40,520 bases of DNA, from assembly GCA_910592345.1 (NCBI GenBank), contig CAJVPI010000235.1:1-40520 (forward strand), in the 5' to 3' direction. Each line of letters opens with the position of its first letter. Position 1 is the stretch's first letter. A program made the position numbers and the translations under genes. Below are positions 37,737 to 40,520 of the stretch, piece after piece. The notes beneath the pieces were generated by a model that was given only the letters and a program-made list of their open reading frames with translations, made no database searches and was not told the origin of the DNA. This stretch comes from Paraglomus brasilianum. Lineage: Eukaryota.

Positions 37737-38858
37737 ATGTCGCTTCAATCTCGAATCGATGCTTTGCTCGAGTCTTTCGGCCCTCCACCTCCTCCTCCGC
37801 GAGGCATACCCTTCCCTCAGCTCTACCCTATTGTGATGGACTGGCGATTTCCTCTTTCTGTTGCTGTTGCATATATTCTCTCCATTCTCGCTCTCAATCC
37901 AAAATCATCCGCTGTTTCACGTGTGGTAGCCAAATCAAAAGGATTAAACACAGCATACACAAGCAAGCAAAGTGGAAAACGAATGACTGCATTCGTTTTC
38001 GTACACAATGCATTCTTGTTTTTGTATTCTGGGATCACGTTTTATAATTCCTTTGGTGCGCTTTCCAAACGACATAGAACGGCCGAAAGCTGGACTGAGG
38101 CATTCTGCGATCACGGAAAGGTTTGCTGGAACGAAGCATTTGGCTATTGGGCATATTTGTTCTATCTTTCAAAATGTGAGTGTAGAGTACATTAAAGAGA
38201 AACGTACTGACATCACGCTTGTAATAACGAATGTCTACTTTGCCCATTTGTTGCATTCTCATTTATTTGTCCAGATTACGAGATAGTCGATACAATCATA
38301 ATCCTCGCTAAGGGTCGTCGTTCTTCCTTCCTTCAGTCATACCACCACGCGGGAGCCATAATCACAATGTGGATAGCTACAAAATATGCAACGCCTGCAG
38401 TTTGGATTTTCGTTCTATTCAACTCGTTTATCCACACAATCATGTACTTTTACTACGCACTCACCTCAGTTGGATTCTCTCCACCTGGGAAACAGTACTT
38501 GACAACGGCTCAGATTCTGCAATTCGCAGTTGGAAGTACGATTTCGTTTCTGTATTTTGTCATACCTGGATGTATGAGTGCTGGTCAAAGGTTCAGTGCG
38601 GTCGTGACCCTACTTTATATCGGTCCGTTGCTTTATCTGTTCTTTGATTTTGCACTTAGAACTTACGGAAAGGGTAAGAGATTCAGTAAAGCAGATGCCA
38701 AGACAGCTGTTAATGGAAAGGTTATGAGCAATGGCATGAGCAATGGCATGAGTAATGGCAAGAGCAATGGCATGAGTAATGGCAAGAGCAATGGCATGAG
38801 TAATGGCATGACTAATAGAAGAAGTATTTTTAATGCTAATCGTATGTTTAGTTGGTAA
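37737..38858 (+). CDS. GNS1/SUR4 (ELO) family fatty acid elongase, QxxHH type, 2 exons
   Basis: FVFVHN...YLFYLSK|YYEIVDTIII...SSFLQSYHHAG...FNSFIHTIMYFYY...KQYLTTAQILQF; intron 38176-38274. Confidence 0.92.
38724..38816 (+). repeat. Coding 12-nt tandem repeat (SNGM/SNGK x7) in the elongase tail
   Basis: (AWGAGYAATGGC)n encoding MSNGMSNGMSNGKSNGMSNGKSNGMSNGMTN. Confidence 0.9.
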
Positions 38859-40016
38859 TGATAATAGATGGTTGTTGATGTAATTTGAAGGTACACCCTT
38901 TTTCATGAATAATAATAAAAGTACTAAATTATGATGCTTGTCCTTGTAATTAGACTGGATCAATTTGACTGAATCGACCGTTGTTTCCAAAATAGTTTGT
39001 GTGTAGCGTAATGCGCCTTTCCCGACAACTCAAATTTAAACTTTAAGGTTTAAAATCAACGACGTTGTTGATATTTATTTGAATGATTCCACCTGTTTGA
39101 TGTTATCGATGACAGCCTTTGCTGACATTCCCAAATGAAAGTAGGCCAAAGTAAAAGTGTGTGCATAGAGTAGGTTTAAAATTAGAAGACTCATGAAATA
39201 TATAATTTTAATGTGGTATTCCCTCCGCAGAAGTAATAGGTAGAGACAACTCAAAACAGAATAAAGAACACAATTTAATTGGTCTTGAACGACAGTCGCT
39301 CCGAACACATTTTCGGTTAAAAAATCCATTTAAACATAATTCCTCGTCGCCAAAAGTTCGGCATTTGGCTTTTACGCACCACGTATCACAGAGATGCTGT
39401 GGTCTTTTGGCTTGTACATTACTGATTACGGTAAGACGTTGAAATAATATTATTCAAAAAGGGAGATAAGTTATTTTCCGTTAGCATTCATGAGCGGATA
39501 ACATGAGAAGTAATCCGGGTAAGAAAGTCAAAAAGTTTGTAAATTTACGACGCATCTCACATCTCGTTCGCGCTATCTAACAAGGGAAATCATATACAGC
39601 TAATCGTATCATCAACAGAACTAAGTAACACCCTCAAATAGTACCCTTACGTTCACAGCACCTCGCGTACAAATCGTTATTCGTGCTTGCTTTTAGCAGC
39701 CGTTTCAGATGCTCTCTCGATTATTCAGACAATAGTTGATTAGAGTAAAATGTAATGTAAACGAAGATAAGAAGCATATTGTAGTAATGTTAGAAGATAT
39801 TAGTGGAAGCAAGGGAAACAAAAGCAAGTTAAATATCGATTGAATTATATGGACGTTTATTATTATTTTATTTGTAATAAAAAATTACCCCTGATGTCAT
39901 AGTAACGGGGATTAGGGAAGGTGACTGTAAGGGAGGTCAACTGTAGTAAATAATAAAACCCTTTGTAAACGCTTGTCAGAACCATGTTCCAGATCAGGTC
40001 CACGGTGAGTTATACA

Positions 40017-40511
40017 CAGTGAAAGTCGATATAACGGACCGTCGATATAACGGATTTTGCCTTATACGGACTTTTTTGCTGGAACGGAATTTTTACTAAG
40101 TACTATAGCGGGCTTTTATATTAAACAGTGATATAACGGATTTGCCCGAACACATTTAATTTAGCTTAACGGATTTTGTGTAACGAAGTCCATTATATTC
40201 ATACTGAAGTCCGCTATATTATAGCGGAGTCCGTTATACACACTTAATATTAAGTATAAGAATAAGATTCTTCGCTACAAATATCTAGCAAATTTACAAA
40301 TTTAACATAATGTCGACTTATGACCCTATCACGCATTGAACAAAAGAGGCAGACAAATATTGACAAGTTTTTTACATTCGAGTCTTAACTTGAATTTATC
40401 GTTAGGTTTTATGCCACATAACCGTGAATAATAAAAGATATGAATATTAAAGACCGTCGTTATAACGGATTTTTTGCAAGTTTAGTTAAGAGTCCGGTAT
40501 AAAACTCACTG
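40017..40511. mobile_element. Non-autonomous pogo/Tc1-like DNA transposon (MITE) with TATAACGGA subterminal repeats
   Basis: Ends CAGTGA.../...TCACTG. TATAACGGA at 40030, 40046, 40132 and 40461, inverted TCCGTTATA at 40230; no ORF. TIRs are imperfect and a TA target duplication is not preserved. Confidence 0.6.
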
Positions 40512-40520
40512 TTCGATGTA

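Noticed and set aside
39595..39944. Possible additional MITE ending GGGAGGTCAACTGTA
   Set aside because: Only one convincing terminus; the left TIR match is too weak.

Overview
Eukaryotic, AT-rich, intron-rich fungal genomic DNA. The gene families and short GT-AG introns point to Glomeromycotina (arbuscular mycorrhizal fungi and relatives); this assignment is inferred, not database-checked. Spliced genes reconstructed by hand: a secreted ML-domain lipid-binding protein, a NOL8/Nop8-like RRM protein, MMADHC/CblD, a ~903-aa protein (kinase-derived Cys modules, GW/WG-rich region, 3 CCHC knuckles), a Crinkler-type REase-fold protein, a stand-alone kintoun-like CS-domain protein, MED11, MCD4/PIGN, MCMBP (with an AT-AC U12-type intron), a HotDog thioesterase and a QxxHH-type ELO elongase. 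Accessory DNA includes a decayed Sola-like transposase interrupted by a MITE and a further pogo-like MITE. The most striking unexplained signal is a tandem pair of structured elements with compensatory stems and four GG-ACGRNA-CC motifs inside an unusually long intron of the REase-fold gene (18091-18382).
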